From NCBI RefSeq assembly GCF_009834535.1, contig NC_045697.1, positions 99,078,001 through 99,142,000 on the forward strand: a stretch of 64,000 bases of DNA, given 5' to 3'. Below the pieces are notes generated by a model. It did not search any database and was not told the DNA's origin. It saw nothing but the letters and a program-made list of their open reading frames with translations. This DNA comes from Camelus ferus (taxonomy: Eukaryota). The translations under genes were made by a program, and so were the position numbers. This document shows, piece by piece, positions 1 through 13,149 of the stretch (the stretch's first letter is position 1; every line of letters begins with the position of its first letter).

Positions 1-590
1 TATCCAGTCATCTGTCTATGGACATTTAGGTTGCCCTCATGTCTTGGCTGTCGTATATAGTGCTGCTATGAACATTGGGGTGCATGTATCTTTTTGAATT
101 AGAGTTCCTTCTGGATATATACCCGGGAGTGGGATTGCTGGATCATATGGTAAGTCTGTTTTTAGTTTTTTGAGGAATGTCCATACTGTTTTCCATAATG
201 GCTGCATCAAACTGTTTCCCACCAGCAATGTAGGAGGGTTCCCTTTTCTCCACACCCTCTCCAGCATTAATTTTCATGGACTTTTGAATGACGGCCATTC
301 TGACTGGTATGAGGTGATACCTCATTGTAGTTTTGATTTGCATTTCTCTGATAATTAGCACTATTGAGCATTTTTTCATGTGCCTGTTGGTCATTTGTGT
401 GTCTTCATTGGAGAATTGCTTGTTTAGGTCTTCTGCCCATTTTTGGATTGGGTTGTTTGTTTTTTGTTATTAAGTTGTATGAGCTGTTTATATATTCTGG
501 ATATTAAGCACTTGTCAGTCTCCTCTTTTGCAAATATTTTCTCCCATTCCGTAGGTTGTTGTTTTGTTTTGCTTATGGTTTCCTTTGCTG
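1..590 (-). mobile_element. L1 ORF2 C-terminal fragment (runs off the window start)
   Basis: ORF-track peptides such as [38 protein letters not shown] and [10 protein letters not shown]. Confidence 0.9.
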
Positions 591-1982
591 TTTTCACATA
601 TTCTAATTTTTCTGAACAGTTACAAATATTTTTGCATATATCTAGCCAGTTGTTCAAGCTCTCTTGGATTCTTTTGCCCTGAATTACTGGGTATACAAAT
701 ATATATCACATATATTTATCTGTTACATGGATTATGCATATTCAAATACATAAGACATATTTATCCCGATGATTGATGTGGTCCATATAAATGGCCTACC
801 ATTTATAAAATCAATCTAATAATCTGCTGTGTTATTATACTGACTTGGGCATTCATCTATTGGACATGTGCGTAACTTACTATTTTTGTCTATTATAATT
901 ATTACCGCTATGAACAGCTTTTTTTTTTTTTTTTAGAGTAGAACTTGTTTTTCTCTTTCTTGCTCCTTTATCCCGCTATTCTACTGTCTATTTTGGGATT
1001 ACAGAAAGTGAGGTTGAGAAACCTTCCTTCCTCAGTTGGTCCAGGATCAACCAACTTTCTACTCTACAAGTGTGATCTGGGGGCATCTCTATCTTCGGTA
1101 ATAAATTAAAGTCGGTTACCAATCCTGGGCCCAAAGCAGTTAATTCATGAATGTGTAAAGAAGAAACAAAGGATGGTTGGGGGCGGGGGCCTTGAAGGGT
1201 GGTGAGCAAACAGCTTCTTTCATAAAGACTTTTGCAGGGGTGAAGCAGAGCCCCCTTCCTTCTGCAGTGTAAGGAGAGGAGGTAGCAATAAAATAGAAGA
1301 TATGCGTGAACATAGATATCGTTTTCCATGCGGCCCCACTGACTTGAAGACAACAATGAAAAGGCTATTATGGCTCCTATTACAGAGGTGATGGGCTGGA
1401 TGTAATTAGGGATTAAATCTGAAATTCCCAGTACATACCCAGGGTCTCAGGAACTTGACAGGCTGCTATCACTCCAAGATCCCTGGGAGGGCAGCATGGC
1501 TGGCTTAATCGGGGAGAGGGCATGGGGCGGGGGGCTGCCCATAGCAGCCACTTATCACAGTGCTAATGAACAGGGAGGCCTTCTAAGGGGGGAAGAGGCG
1601 CAGTGGTGTCACTTTCCCTTTGTGTGTGCACATCAGCTGGCATCTCCGCAGGGGCGGGGACTTGTCAGAAAGGAGACAAGTTGCTAGGTAACCAGGGAGT
1701 CTGAGGGAAGCCCCTTCCCCCAGCCCCAGGAAAGCAGAGTGCCAAGGGGGCCCCAAGAAGGATTTGTCAGTTAAAAAATGAACAAAAACAACTACAGCCT
1801 GGATTGAACATAGAAGGATTAACAGCTACCCTAAGGAGCAGCAGGCTACTTTTTTTTTTTTTTTTCATAGGGGAAGGCTAATTGGAAGAGAATTACTGTG
1901 ATCTGGGAGTTGAAGGAGAGGGAAGGGGGGAGGAATAAAGCCAGAGAGTAAAGGAGGAGCAAGTATTAAAAAGAGAGGTGGA

Positions 1983-2140
1983 GGGGAGGGTGTAGTTCAG
2001 TGGCAGAGCACATGCTTAGCATGTGCAAGGTCCTGGGTTCAATCCCTAGTACCTCGATTGAAACAAATAAGTAAATAATCTAATTACCTCCTCTCAAAAA
2101 ACAAAAACAAACAAACAAACAAAAAAGCCAAACAAAAAAG
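1983..2140 (+). mobile_element. tRNA-derived SINE, camelid vic-1-like
   Basis: ggggagggtgtagttcagtggcagagc (A box) ... gggttcaatccc (B box), followed by an A-rich tail. Confidence 0.8.
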
Positions 2141-2458
2141 AGAGAGAGAGAGGGAGAAGATTGTGGGAAAGAAAGCATCTCCATCGGCTCTGGAAATGAT
2201 CCTATTACAGGGCAGGGTACTGGGGCCACCATGAACTCCAGGGGCCTCAGGGGGTAAAGGCAGTCTGTGCAAAAAACAGGCTAAAGCATGGTCTCTGGAC
2301 CAGCCATGTCTTCTCTGGAAACTCGTTGGAAATGAATCCAGGCCGACTGCTTCAGACACTGTGTTCTAACAAGCTCTCCAGGTTATTCTGAAACACACGA
2401 GTCTGAGAGCCACTGCTGCAGTGGAATGAGACAGATTTTGGAGGGGTGAGGAGAGGGG

Positions 2459-2982
2459 TGTCAAAGCAAAGATCGCACCAGGCAAAGTTAAACAGGCACA
2501 GGAAACTTGATTCAAGGCTACTGCAATAAGGGAGAAAGGCCAGAACTCAGCTCCTGGGGATCAGAGGGCAGAAGGGTTTTTAAAGGCTGGGGTGAGGTAG
2601 TGGAAAACTACCAGAGGACATCAGGGGGCTGTGTTTGCTCATAAACTTCTATCTTTAAGGCAGAAAGTAGTTTTACAACTTGGAGCAAGGTGTTCCTCTC
2701 ATGTTAGGCTCCTCCCTTCCCTCAGAGGCTGAGAGAGAGAGAGAAGTTATCTCCTCTGATGATTATAATTCAGAGACGATCCCCAGGTCCTAGAGAAGGA
2801 CGTTCCTACCTTGTGAGACTGTAAGAGGCTTTTGCAAAGATATACGTACATCTCAAAGGGTCAGAGAAAATTTGTAATTACAAGTTTTCTAATGAATATG
2901 GGCTAAGCACAGGCAGGTGAGGAAGAAATATGTCTTAAAGTTCTCAGTCAAGCTGCAGGGAACGCTAAGGCTGTCTTGTTCT
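2459..2982 (-). mobile_element. Solo ERV1-class LTR, MER31-like
   Basis: Minus strand begins like MER31 (acaagacagccttagcgttccc...gcttgact) and ends ctttgaca; flanked by gggg/gggg. Family name is from memory. Confidence 0.6.
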
Positions 2983-4224
2983 GGGGAAGGGAGACCCTTG
3001 GCACAGTCAAACACACGTTGTCCTGTCTTTGAATTGAATTCTTCTGCTTCTCTTGGTAATTCAGCCCCTCACCACATGCTACAGAGCCATATTGAAGGTG
3101 GCAGGAATGAAAGGCAGTTTATTACAGAAGGTGACTTCGTCAGGTGATGGAGGGAGGGAGAGGGATGCAGCGGGGTGGGGGATGGAGAAAACTGGCTTGT
3201 GCAGAGTCTTTTCCCTCAATGCTGCTGCTGCTGGCTGCATTTCTTTCATGAGAAACCCGACAAGGGCACACAGAGGGAGGGCAGCTTGGGCGTGTTTCAC
3301 CTGATTCTCTCAAAAGGTTTTCCGAACAGCTGGAGCAAAGCCTCCATGGTTAAGATCACAAGCCCATGGCTGTTCTGGCCAGCTTCAACCAGGTCTTTAC
3401 TGCTGCACCAACAACTGTGACTTCCCTTAGACTTGTCTCTGAGGGACTTGGCCAAGATGAATTGCCTTTCAAGGTGAATTTACTGGAAGGCTTCGTGCCT
3501 CCAACTGTAAGGTTCTGGGGGGTGTAGTCACCCTCATATTTGAGCATTAGAAGGCCTGCCAGCAAGGCTGGCTTTCTTCCCATCCCCATTGTCTGCTGTG
3601 GTGGTGCCTCTTCCACACAGCAGGTGACTTGAGCACACAGCATGGACGAGGGTTGAACTAAACAGTGACTTTTTAAGTAACCTGCCCTACTCCCCTCTTT
3701 TTTTTTTTTTTTTTTTTTCTTTTCTTGGAATGGTAAGGAGGCAGCTGCTCCTGGAAACCTAGCCAAGGCCAGGTGTGAGAGTTTGGCTAGTGCGCTGTGG
3801 GAGGCCGTGTGTTTGATCCTGGTCACCACACACCCTATGGTACTGTGGCTCTGCTGACCTACCTCCTGCTCACCTTAGGGGTGAGGCCACCAGGACCAAG
3901 GGCTCTGATGCTTAAGACTGACTCAGCTGAGTACCAGTGTCTGCTGCCTCCCAGCTCATATGTAAGATCCTTCTGGGCCAACCAAAGGGTGACATTTAAT
4001 AAATAAAAAACCTATGAAAATGTCCCTTGTTATCATTTTACCCTGTAATCACTGGCTTGTTTATATTTCTAAGCTGTGGGCTTCTCAAGACAGGGCTGAA
4101 TCTCAGTCAATTGCTGTGTCAATGTGTGAGTAAAAGAATGAATGGGAGGTCCCAGGGCTCCTGTTGTCCACTCTATGGTTACCTCTTACTGTCTTTTTTC
4201 CTTCTATTTTTGTTTGTTTTTTTT

Positions 4225-4770
4225 AAATTATTTTTTTATTGAGGTGTAATTGTACAATATTATGTAAGTTTCAGGCATACAACATAGTGATTCACAATTT
4301 TAAAAGTTATACTCCATTTATAGTTACTGTAAAATATTGGCTCTGTTCCCTGTGTTGTACAATAAATCCTTGTAGCTTATTTGTTTTATACAGGGTAGTT
4401 TGTACCTCTTAATCCCCTACCCTGTCATGCCCTTCCCTCTTTCTTCCTTCTCCCCACTGGTAACCACTGGTTTGTTTTCAGTATCTGTGAGTCTGCTTCT
4501 TTTTTGTTATATTCACTAGTTTTATTTTTTAGATCCCACATATAAGTGATATTCATGCAGTATTTGTCTTTCTCTGTCTGACTTATTTCACTTAGCATAA
4601 TGCCCTTCAGGTCCATCCATGTTGTTGCAAGTGGCAAAATTTCATTCTTTTTTTTTATGTCTGAGTAGTATTTCATTGTATATATACACTACATCTTCTT
4701 TTTCCAGCCATCTGTTGATGGATATTCAGGTTGCTTCTACATCTTGGCTATTGTAAATAATGCTGCTAGT
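4225..4770 (-). mobile_element. L1 3' end (ORF2 tail and 3' UTR)
   Basis: Peptide NEILPLATTWMDLKGIMLSEISQTEKDKYCM; T-rich tail at the left end. Confidence 0.88.
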
Positions 4771-6412
4771 CTCTTACCATCTTCTATTTCACCCATAAAA
4801 GTGTTTCTGAGCTCCAGAGACAAAACTATGTTCTTCACCATTCTTAAGAGTTTGAGAATTGCTGCTAGAAGAACTGTGAGTAGATCGGCATCTTGGTAAT
4901 ATTCATGGGTATTAAGTTAATTTAAAAAATTAAGTTAACCAGAGAAGAACATTGTCTAGCACATGGTAACACTTTTTGGTTGAACTGCTAATAATGCAGT
5001 GAATACAGGGGAAATGCCCATTTGTGGAAAAGATTTACAGAAATGGCCAAACCAACATTTTTTAGAGTGTGAATTAGTCTAAGATAAAAGATTAATGCAA
5101 CTGCACCATGAATAATTCACCAAGGAAATTATTTAGTGAGTGCTTACTGTGTGCTTGGCAGGCACCTGGCCAGACACAGAAATGCTAAGTAAGACCCCGT
5201 TTACCACCTGCAGGTCTCTGAAAGCAAGATGCCCCGATGATGAACGGAGAAGCCCAGGGAGCCTGGAATTGTGCACATAAAAATAACATTTCCAAGGCAA
5301 ACGGTTTTAAGGAGACCCATTTAAAAGACCCTATTCTAAATAAATGTAAACCAATGACAACATTAAATGGTTCCTATTTTAAACTCTTGGTCCTGAAGAA
5401 CAAAGTGATTTTCCTTGTGCTATAAACTCTCAACACAGCAAAACCAAGTATGAACTGGTTTTAGCCATAAGAAGAAAAGGCTGGATACGAAGCAAGCCAC
5501 GTCCCTGCATAGCGTCTTTATTCCATCTAATTTTAAGGAGCAAGCCGAGATGCTCTTATAAGCATTTGCATTGCAAAGTAGGCTGGAAATTGGCCTTGTT
5601 TAAACAAGCGCTCCTGGCAAGGCTGCCCTCCGTCGCCCACCCTTGGCAGCAGGGACCTGCTGGCCATAAAAGAGGCAGCCACGTGAGCGGTGCAGCTGAA
5701 AAGAAGCCTTTGAGTGGCTCAACTGTTTAACTAATTAATGCATGTCTCCCCCTAAGGTTAGAAACGAAGGGAAGGGGGAAGGAATTTGTGAGTGATACAC
5801 CACTCTGGGTCCATTATGTGCCTGCAAAGAGAGATGCGAGGTCCCCACGCTGCGTGCAGCTCTTCAAGCCTCTTGCAGAATCCTCTCTAATCCCCGGCGT
5901 TCCCTGGATCACAGCGAGGCCTTTGGCGGCAGAGCGCCTCTCGATGGGTCGATAACCACAGGGAAGACTCTAAAGCTGCTTTTGATCCTGGCATAAATCA
6001 GAAGGAAAAAAAATCCACGACTCCCACCGTGGAAAACTTTAGTTACCTAAACTGGGGTATTTAAAAACTAAGCAAAACTTTGAGAGGACCATAACATGAC
6101 CTACGATAAAGGCGGAGAGCTCCCAACACAAACAACTGCTTTTGTCGGATGCAGAGTATTTGTCTCCGTCTGACAGCCATCCCCAGAAATCCACGGGCTG
6201 GAGGACAGCAAATGGGGAGGTGTGGGGGGGGGGGCTAACCAGGTGAGAGCCAGTGTTCTGTTATGTGACAAAGCCACATCTGTCACACCTCCCCTCTCCC
6301 GTTACCCCTAGAGCCAGAGATTTGCAAAATTATGAAGAGAAATCTAGGTTCAGTATCCTAGACAAAACTCCCTCCTTTATTATTATATATTTATTATTAT
6401 TAATTTTTTCCC

Positions 6413-6777
6413 TATGTTGGTTTGCTTGGGCTGCCATCACAAAGTACCACAGGCTGGGTGACTTAACAGCTCTGGAGGCGTTAAGTCCAAGAGCAGGATG
6501 CTGGCAGGGTTGGTTTCTGAAGATGCCTTTCTTCCTGGCTTGCAGACAGCCGCCGTCCCATGTGTCCTCACATGACCTTACCTCTGTGCCTGAGAACTCC
6601 TCCTGCCTCTGCCTCTTCTTGTGAGGTCACTGGTCCTATTGGATTAGGGCCCCACCCTTATGACCTCATTTAACCTGATCGCCTACTTCAAGGTCCTATC
6701 TCCAGATAGAGTCAGTCACATTGGGAGTTAAGGCTTCAACATCTGGATTTAGGGGGCATACCATTCAGTCTGTAACA
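6413..6777 (-). mobile_element. MaLR LTR (MLT1A-like)
   Basis: gggctgccatcacaaagtaccacaggctgggtgactta ... ggattagggcccacccttatgacctcatttaac ... cattcagtctgtaaca. Confidence 0.75.
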
Positions 6778-7192
6778 CATCTGCTTCTTTTCACTTTAGC
6801 AGGCCTGTCCTTTTTACTTCTCTCCACAAAACTCTTATCAAAATATTTACTCAGGAAAGGGCATAGCTGGCACTGCTTTAGGAATCTGGGCAGGGCAGGG
6901 GGTGGTGTGGAGAACTGGTTGTGTGGGAGGTGCCCTTTGTTAGAGTCCCCTCCAGGTGTGATGAGTGTAAAATAACTAGACTGCAGGGCAGAGAACGGAT
7001 GGTAACACGGAGTGCTGGAACCAAGCGGCCACCACACTGTCTTACTTCTTTTCACATTCAGCTTCTCACACTTGTTTTATCCATTTTTTCAATTCCCTTC
7101 ATCTCCAGCCTAGCCTGGCTTCCACCACAAACCCGAAAGGTTTTTATTGAGATGGCTAAAAACTGCCTTCTAACCATCTCCTTGCATTACTC

Positions 7193-8745
7193 TGTAAAGG
7201 AACACCTGCTTCTGTGAGTCTGCATTTTCACACTTCAGACACCAGATGTGGGTTTATTTCCACACTGACCCATTCTGCAACACCAGCTGGGCGTCCTACA
7301 ATTCAATTCCATTCTGACATTCCCTATCTTGAGCTAGGATCGGATTTCACAGGTAAGGTCTCAGTCCCACAAGACTGTCCACCAGGCCCCACACCATGCC
7401 AATCACAAGTCCAGGTTGTCACCTGTGTTTCTGACCTACCGGCTGTAAGTTGGAGGTTTTCATGACCTCCTCCTCCAGGTCGATTAATTTGCTAGAGAAG
7501 GTTACAGAACTCAGGAAAACAGTTCACTTCCTAGGTTACCAGTTTGTTATAAAAAGATCTGTCAGAAGCAGCCAGATGGAAAAGATGCATATAGCAGTAT
7601 GTAGGAATGGGCACAGAGCTTCCAGACTCTCTCTGGGAGTGCCATTCCCCCTGTACCTCCACACGTTCACTGTCCCAGCAGTGATCTGAACCCCATCCTT
7701 TTGAGTTTTTATGGAGGCTTCATTACATAGGCATGATTTATTTTTAATTTTTTATTGAAGTATAGTCAGTTTACAACGTTGTGTCAATTTCTGGTTTACA
7801 GCATAATACTTCAGTCATATAGGAACATACATATATTCATTTTCATATTCTTTTCACCATAGGTTGATATTGAATATAGTTCCCTATGCTATACAGTATA
7901 AACTTGTTGTTTACCTGCTTTATGTATATTAGCTAGTATCTGCAAATCTAGAACCCCCAATTTATCTCTTCCCCCTCTTTCCCCTCCAGTGACTATAAGC
8001 TTGTTTTCTATGTCTGTGAGTCTGTTTCTGTTTTGTAAATAAGTTCATTTATCTTTTTTAAGATTCTACATATAAGTGATATCATATGGTATTTTTCTTT
8101 CTCTTTCTGGCTTACTTCACTTAGAATGACAATCTCCAGTTTCATCAATGTTGCAACAAATGACATTATTTTATTCTTTTTTATGGCTGAGTAGTATCCC
8201 ATTGTATAAATATACCACAGCTTCTTTATTCAGTCATCTGTCGGTGGACATTTAGGTTGTTTCTGTCTTGGCTATTCTAAATAGTGCTGCTATGAACATT
8301 GGGGTGCATGTATCTTTTTGAATTAGAGTTCCTTCTGGCATAGGCACAATTGGTTAAATCATTGGCCATTGGTAACTAATTCAATCCCCAGCCCCTCTTT
8401 CCTCCCCAGAGGTCACAGAGTGGGGGGGAGGGGCTGAAAGTTCCAAACCTCTGATCACATGGTTGGTTCTCCTGGCAACCAGCCCCCATCCTTAGGGACT
8501 TTACAAAAGCCCCCCCCCCCCCCATTGATACACACTCGGGTGTGGCTGAAGGGTTCGTTATGAATAATAGGACACTGTTTTACCTTTATGGCTCTGGAGC
8601 TATTTCAGGATCTGAGGCCAAAAGACTAAATATTGTAATACAAGATGCTTCTATTGCTCTTATCGCTAGAAAATTCCAAGAGTTTTAGGAGCTCTGTGCC
8701 AGAAGACCAAACACGTATTTGTTATTATCAGTCACAAGGTCATAT
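7193..8745 (+). mobile_element. MER21-like LTR interrupted by an L1 insertion
   Basis: Starts tgtaaaggaacacc...caccagctgggcgtcctacaattcaattc and resumes after the L1 (ggttaaatcattggccattgg...). Confidence 0.7.
7739..8338 (-). mobile_element. 5'-truncated L1 3' end with a 13-bp TSD
   Basis: Peptide [39 protein letters not shown] cataggcatgatt (7726-7738) and cataggcacaatt (8339-8351). Confidence 0.88.
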
Positions 8746-9272
8746 ACACCTATGCACTCTTCATTCACTTGAGCATGCATTCAACTGAGCACTGCATTTA
8801 GTCACAATCTGCTTTCCCCAAGTTTGCATACCTGGGGCCTGGCTTGCAGACAAATGGATCTTTGGTTCTTGGATCATCTCCTTACTAGACTAGGTTGTCA
8901 GGTTGCACATAAAAATTTCTCTCCTCTTAAATCTGAATTAGAAAAGTGCTTTTCAGATTTTAAACACTGTCGCTTGTGTGATGTCATTATATCTTGGGTA
9001 AGAGGAAAGTGATCAAGTTGCTTCATTAGAATAATTCCATGCCTGCTGCAATTCTGTATTTGGGGGAAGGAGCAGAATTCCTCTAACAGGTTGATAGCTT
9101 TTTTATTTTCAGGAAAATACCTTGATAGGAGATAACAGGTGGGGTCTTCATGGTGGCAAGGGCTGTGAAAGAGCTGCACCGCTGCATAGACATTCACTCT
9201 ATATGAATTTAAGAGCGTTATCTTAGAGGCTTGCAGTAAAGGGGGCTTGGGGGACCAGGTGACCCAAGAACA

Positions 9273-9895
9273 ACTTAGGTTGCTTCCATATTTTGGCTAT
9301 TGTAAACAGTGTTGGAAAAGACAAAAACTCTAATTGAAAAAGATACATGTGCCCCAGTGTTCATAGCAGCACTATTTACAATAGCCAAGATATGGAAGCA
9401 ACCTAAGTGTCCATCAACAGATAAATGGATAAAGAATATGTGGTATACTTATACAATGGAATATTACTCATCCAGAAAACAGAATGAAATATTGCCATTT
9501 GCAATACTGGATGGACCTTGAGATTATCATACTAACTGAAGTAAGTCAGACAGAGAAAGACAAACATATGACATCACTTATATGTGGAATCTGAAAATAA
9601 TACAAATGAATCTATATACAAAACAGATACAGACTCACAGACATAGAAAACAAACTTGTGGTTACCAAAGGGGGAAAAGGGAGTGGGAAGAGGGATAAAA
9701 TAGGAGTATGGGATTGACAGATATAAATTATTATACATAAAATAGATAAGCAACAAGGATTTACTGTACAGCGCAGGGAACCACATTCAATATCTTGTAA
9801 TAGCCTACAATGGAAAAGAATCCGAATCAGTTTGCTGAACTCCTGAAAGTAACACAATATTGTAAGTCAAACACACCTCAACAAGAAAAGAATAG
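9273..9895 (+). mobile_element. 5'-truncated L1 3' end with a fold-back 5' junction
   Basis: Peptide [31 protein letters not shown] plus 3' UTR; the first 40 bp are inverted. Confidence 0.85.
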
Positions 9896-9914
9896 TAACA
9901 CACACACAGAGACA

Positions 9915-10132
9915 ATAAAATGAGGCTGCTTGCCTGGGCTTTAATCCAATCTGACTGGCGTCCTTATAAGAAGAGGAGAGTAAGACACACAGATAGACCA
10001 GGGATGCACACAGAGAAACACTGTGTGAGGACACAGGGAGGCAGAGGCCATCTGCAAGCCAAGGAGCGAGTCCTCAGAAGAAACACAAACTGTCCTCACC
10101 TTGATCTTCACTTCCAGCCCCCAGAGCTGTGA
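9915..10132 (+). mobile_element. MaLR LTR fragment (MLT1-like)
   Basis: taatccaatctgactggcgtccttataagaagagga ... ggccatctgcaagccaagga ... cttccagcccccagagctgtga. Confidence 0.7.
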
Positions 10133-10621
10133 TACTTTGTTAGGGCAGCTGTGTAGGCTGAGACAGGCCCCGTGGATGGGCATGTCTGCGTCCTGTGAAC
10201 GCTGTGATGTGCGTGGGTGTTGGGTCGGTGGGAAGGATGTGTGTGGGAAATGGCCCACCAGTCGCCATGGGGACTGACTGCAGGCCCCGACTCGGCAGCA
10301 CCCAGCCTGGCTGTTGCCCTCTCCCTTCAGGACATGGTATATTCCCTGATGTGGGTGGGAATCGTGCCCCTGTGTCAGGGGTGGAGAGAAAATAGAATCA
10401 GAGATGTGGGTTAGCAGTAGGATGGGGAAGGAAGAAAAAAGCAAATTCATTTATAGTCTGTGGAGAGCCAACCAAGGATCCCGGTGGGAAACAGGGCCAG
10501 GCAGAAGGCTCCGCTTTCCTAAATAGAACTCTGTTTTGACACTCTCGCTGCAGCTGTTCTCCCCCACGCTTGTCTGTCTCGCCAAGCGCACGGATGAAAA
10601 GTAGGACTGTAGCCTCTCACT

Positions 10622-10638
10622 GCGCCATCTGGTGGCGC
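10622..10638 (-). promoter_or_regulatory. CTCF binding motif
   Basis: Minus strand reads GCGCCACCAGATGGCGC, a full match to the CCASYAGRKGGCRS core, in non-repeat sequence. Confidence 0.65.
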
Positions 10639-12244
10639 TCAGGGAGAGGTACAGTGGTTCTTGTGCACATGGCCTGGTCTCCCCCAAACGCCTTCTGTTC
10701 TTTAACAGTAATCGAAGGGTGGATACACAGACTCTAGGGAAGAGTGGGGTATTGGAGAGCACTGGACTGGAGTTAAAAGTGAACTCTGGCTTTGCATCTT
10801 ATTAACTGCCTAATCTTTGGCAAGTTAATGAATCTGTAGAAAATATAGGTGACGAATACCAATAGGATTTTGGAAGGATTCATTGTGATAAAGGTCCTCA
10901 GAACAGGAACGTGGTGCCTCAGGAAATGCATCATCCCTCCTTTTCTTCACTCCTCCTTGTCTTTTCCTGTCTTACATGGTTTTGTAAATAATCAAAAGTT
11001 AGTACTGCTGCAGTCACTGCCTTTTTAATTTTAGCAGAAGGGTTGGGGGACGGGGGTTTGGGAGAACCTGAGCCTGTGTGTTGGGAGAGCAGGAGGGAAT
11101 GGGTCGCAGGAGTCCCAGTGGAGGCTGGGATACTGGCAGGAATCGGAGCCGGTGTCCTCAGACCTGACCTTGACTTCTTGTTTCAGAAGAGGAGCCTGCC
11201 TACCGGTGATCAGGGACAGGAGGTGGTGGGCTCCCATCACCTCAGGCATCCAGGCACTGGTGATTATTTGTAGTTTTTCTTTTTGAAATCTCCTCCAGGT
11301 CTAGGAGTATTATAAGTCTGTGAACTAAAGCAACATTGACAAGAACCTCCATCAAAGGCACCAATTCTCTAAACAGGTAATGTGAAACAGGCTAATGTTA
11401 TGCACATGTAGAACATTTGCAATTTGGGTTAAAAGTAAGACGAAGGAGAAAGAGGAGCGTTGCAGGCTGAATAAGGATGTCAACCTTATTTGAAGGTAAC
11501 TAAAATATTTTCCCCACACATTAAAAACAAAAATAAGTAAATCTGATGGTCTCTCTCCTGCTAGCCCTGAGAGATAGGCATCTGTTTACATATGGTGGCT
11601 CTTATGGGAGCCATGTTGTTCTTTCCTGGGGGCTACATCTGTCTTACCTAACACACTATCCTTCAAATACATGATTCAGTTGGACAAAGATGTTGACTAA
11701 AGACCTGAAAAATACTCATCACACGGGGAATAAGATTCAGGGACAGGCTCTGAGCCCTCTTGGAGCCCTGGAGCCTTAAGATCCATGACCTGGACCATCT
11801 TTGGTGCCCTGGGCTGCTACTTATTGCCACTGACACACAGACACTTTGAACTGAACCTCCTCCTTTTACCCAATTCCTCTCTCAAGTCAATTGCACTAAT
11901 GATTTAAATTAAAATTATTAATCTACCTGATTGCTCAAGTCAGAAGCCAGAAATGTAAGAATTTTAACTCCTGCCTTCCCTCTACCTTCCCCCTTTATCA
12001 GACATGTTAGTGCACTGTGCCCAGTGTTCCTGACCTCAGCTGTCTCCTGAGTCCTCAGCCACATGCTGTACCATGGCTCTGCCACGGCTGACTGGCTCTC
12101 TGTGGGGTATCTGTAGTCTCCCATCTGAGGACCACTGGCCATACTCCTGGTGTCCCTGGCTTCAGTCTGAAGTGCCACACTGCAGTGCATGGGGTGATGT
12201 TAGAGGGACCAAACGATGCAACCTGGAAGGTTGAGTCATTGACT

Positions 12245-12812
12245 TGTAACGAGGGTGTTCCAATGACTGCTCGGATGTGACAAATCACCCCAAAGTTAAG
12301 GGGTTTAAAACAACCATTTAATTAGATTTGTGGATAATGTGGTCAGTAGGGTACAAAAGGGCTGGCGTGTCTGCTCCTCTGTGTCTGAGGCTAGAGCTGG
12401 GAGACCCACGGCTACGAGTGACTACGCTCGTGGGCTGGAATCATCTGAAAGTATATTCACTCGCAGGTCGGGCAGTTTTTGCTGGCGGTTGGCTGGGCGT
12501 GTGGTTGGAGCTGTCGGGCAGAGCCCCCACATGTCGGCTGTCTGTGTGGCCTGGGCTTCTTCCCAGCACGGTGGCCTTAGAGTTGTCAACTCCTTCCAGG
12601 ACAGCCAAGGGCTCCAAGCACAGGTGCTCCAGGGAGCAAGGCAGAAGCCGTGTGGCTTTTTGTGACCCAGCCTTGGAAGTCCTACAGCATCACTTCTGCT
12701 GCGTTCTCCTGGCTATGTTATTAAGGCCAGGTCCAGATTCAAATTGAGGATGTAGTCCCCAGCCTCATGATGAGAGAAATGTCAAAAGAATTTGCAGACA
12801 TGTTTAACAATG
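12245..12812 (-). mobile_element. MaLR LTR (MLT1E/F-like)
   Basis: acaaatcaccccaaagttaaggggtttaaaacaacc ... gggctggaatcatctgaa ... cagcatcacttctgctgcgttct. Confidence 0.6.
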
Positions 12813-13149
12813 TCCCCAGGAGGAAACTTTGAACAGTGAGGAGAGGAGAGAGAAGATACATTCTCTTCCCCCTCTCTAGTGGACTCTTCTGAGGTGCGGT
12901 TATTCTGACAGCCCACCCACAGATACCCTGCGTGGCCGCAGGGGTGCCAGTTCAGTGACCATCTCTACCTCATCACAGTTCATCAGAAGCAGTGGTCTAG
13001 GTGGAAACACCCTGCTTCCCATCCTTCTGCCTTACTTCCCCGTCCCTCCCTCTTGCTGTCCTGGAATTGTGCCATCCAAATAAAGCACTGGCATTGAAGC
13101 CTTGCTTCTGGCTCTGCTGCTTGAGGGAGCATGAGCTAAGATACTTGCC

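Noticed and set aside
1983..2055. tRNA-like sequences here and at the other SINE sites
   Set aside because: They are SINE heads followed by a shared body and A-rich tail, not tRNA genes.
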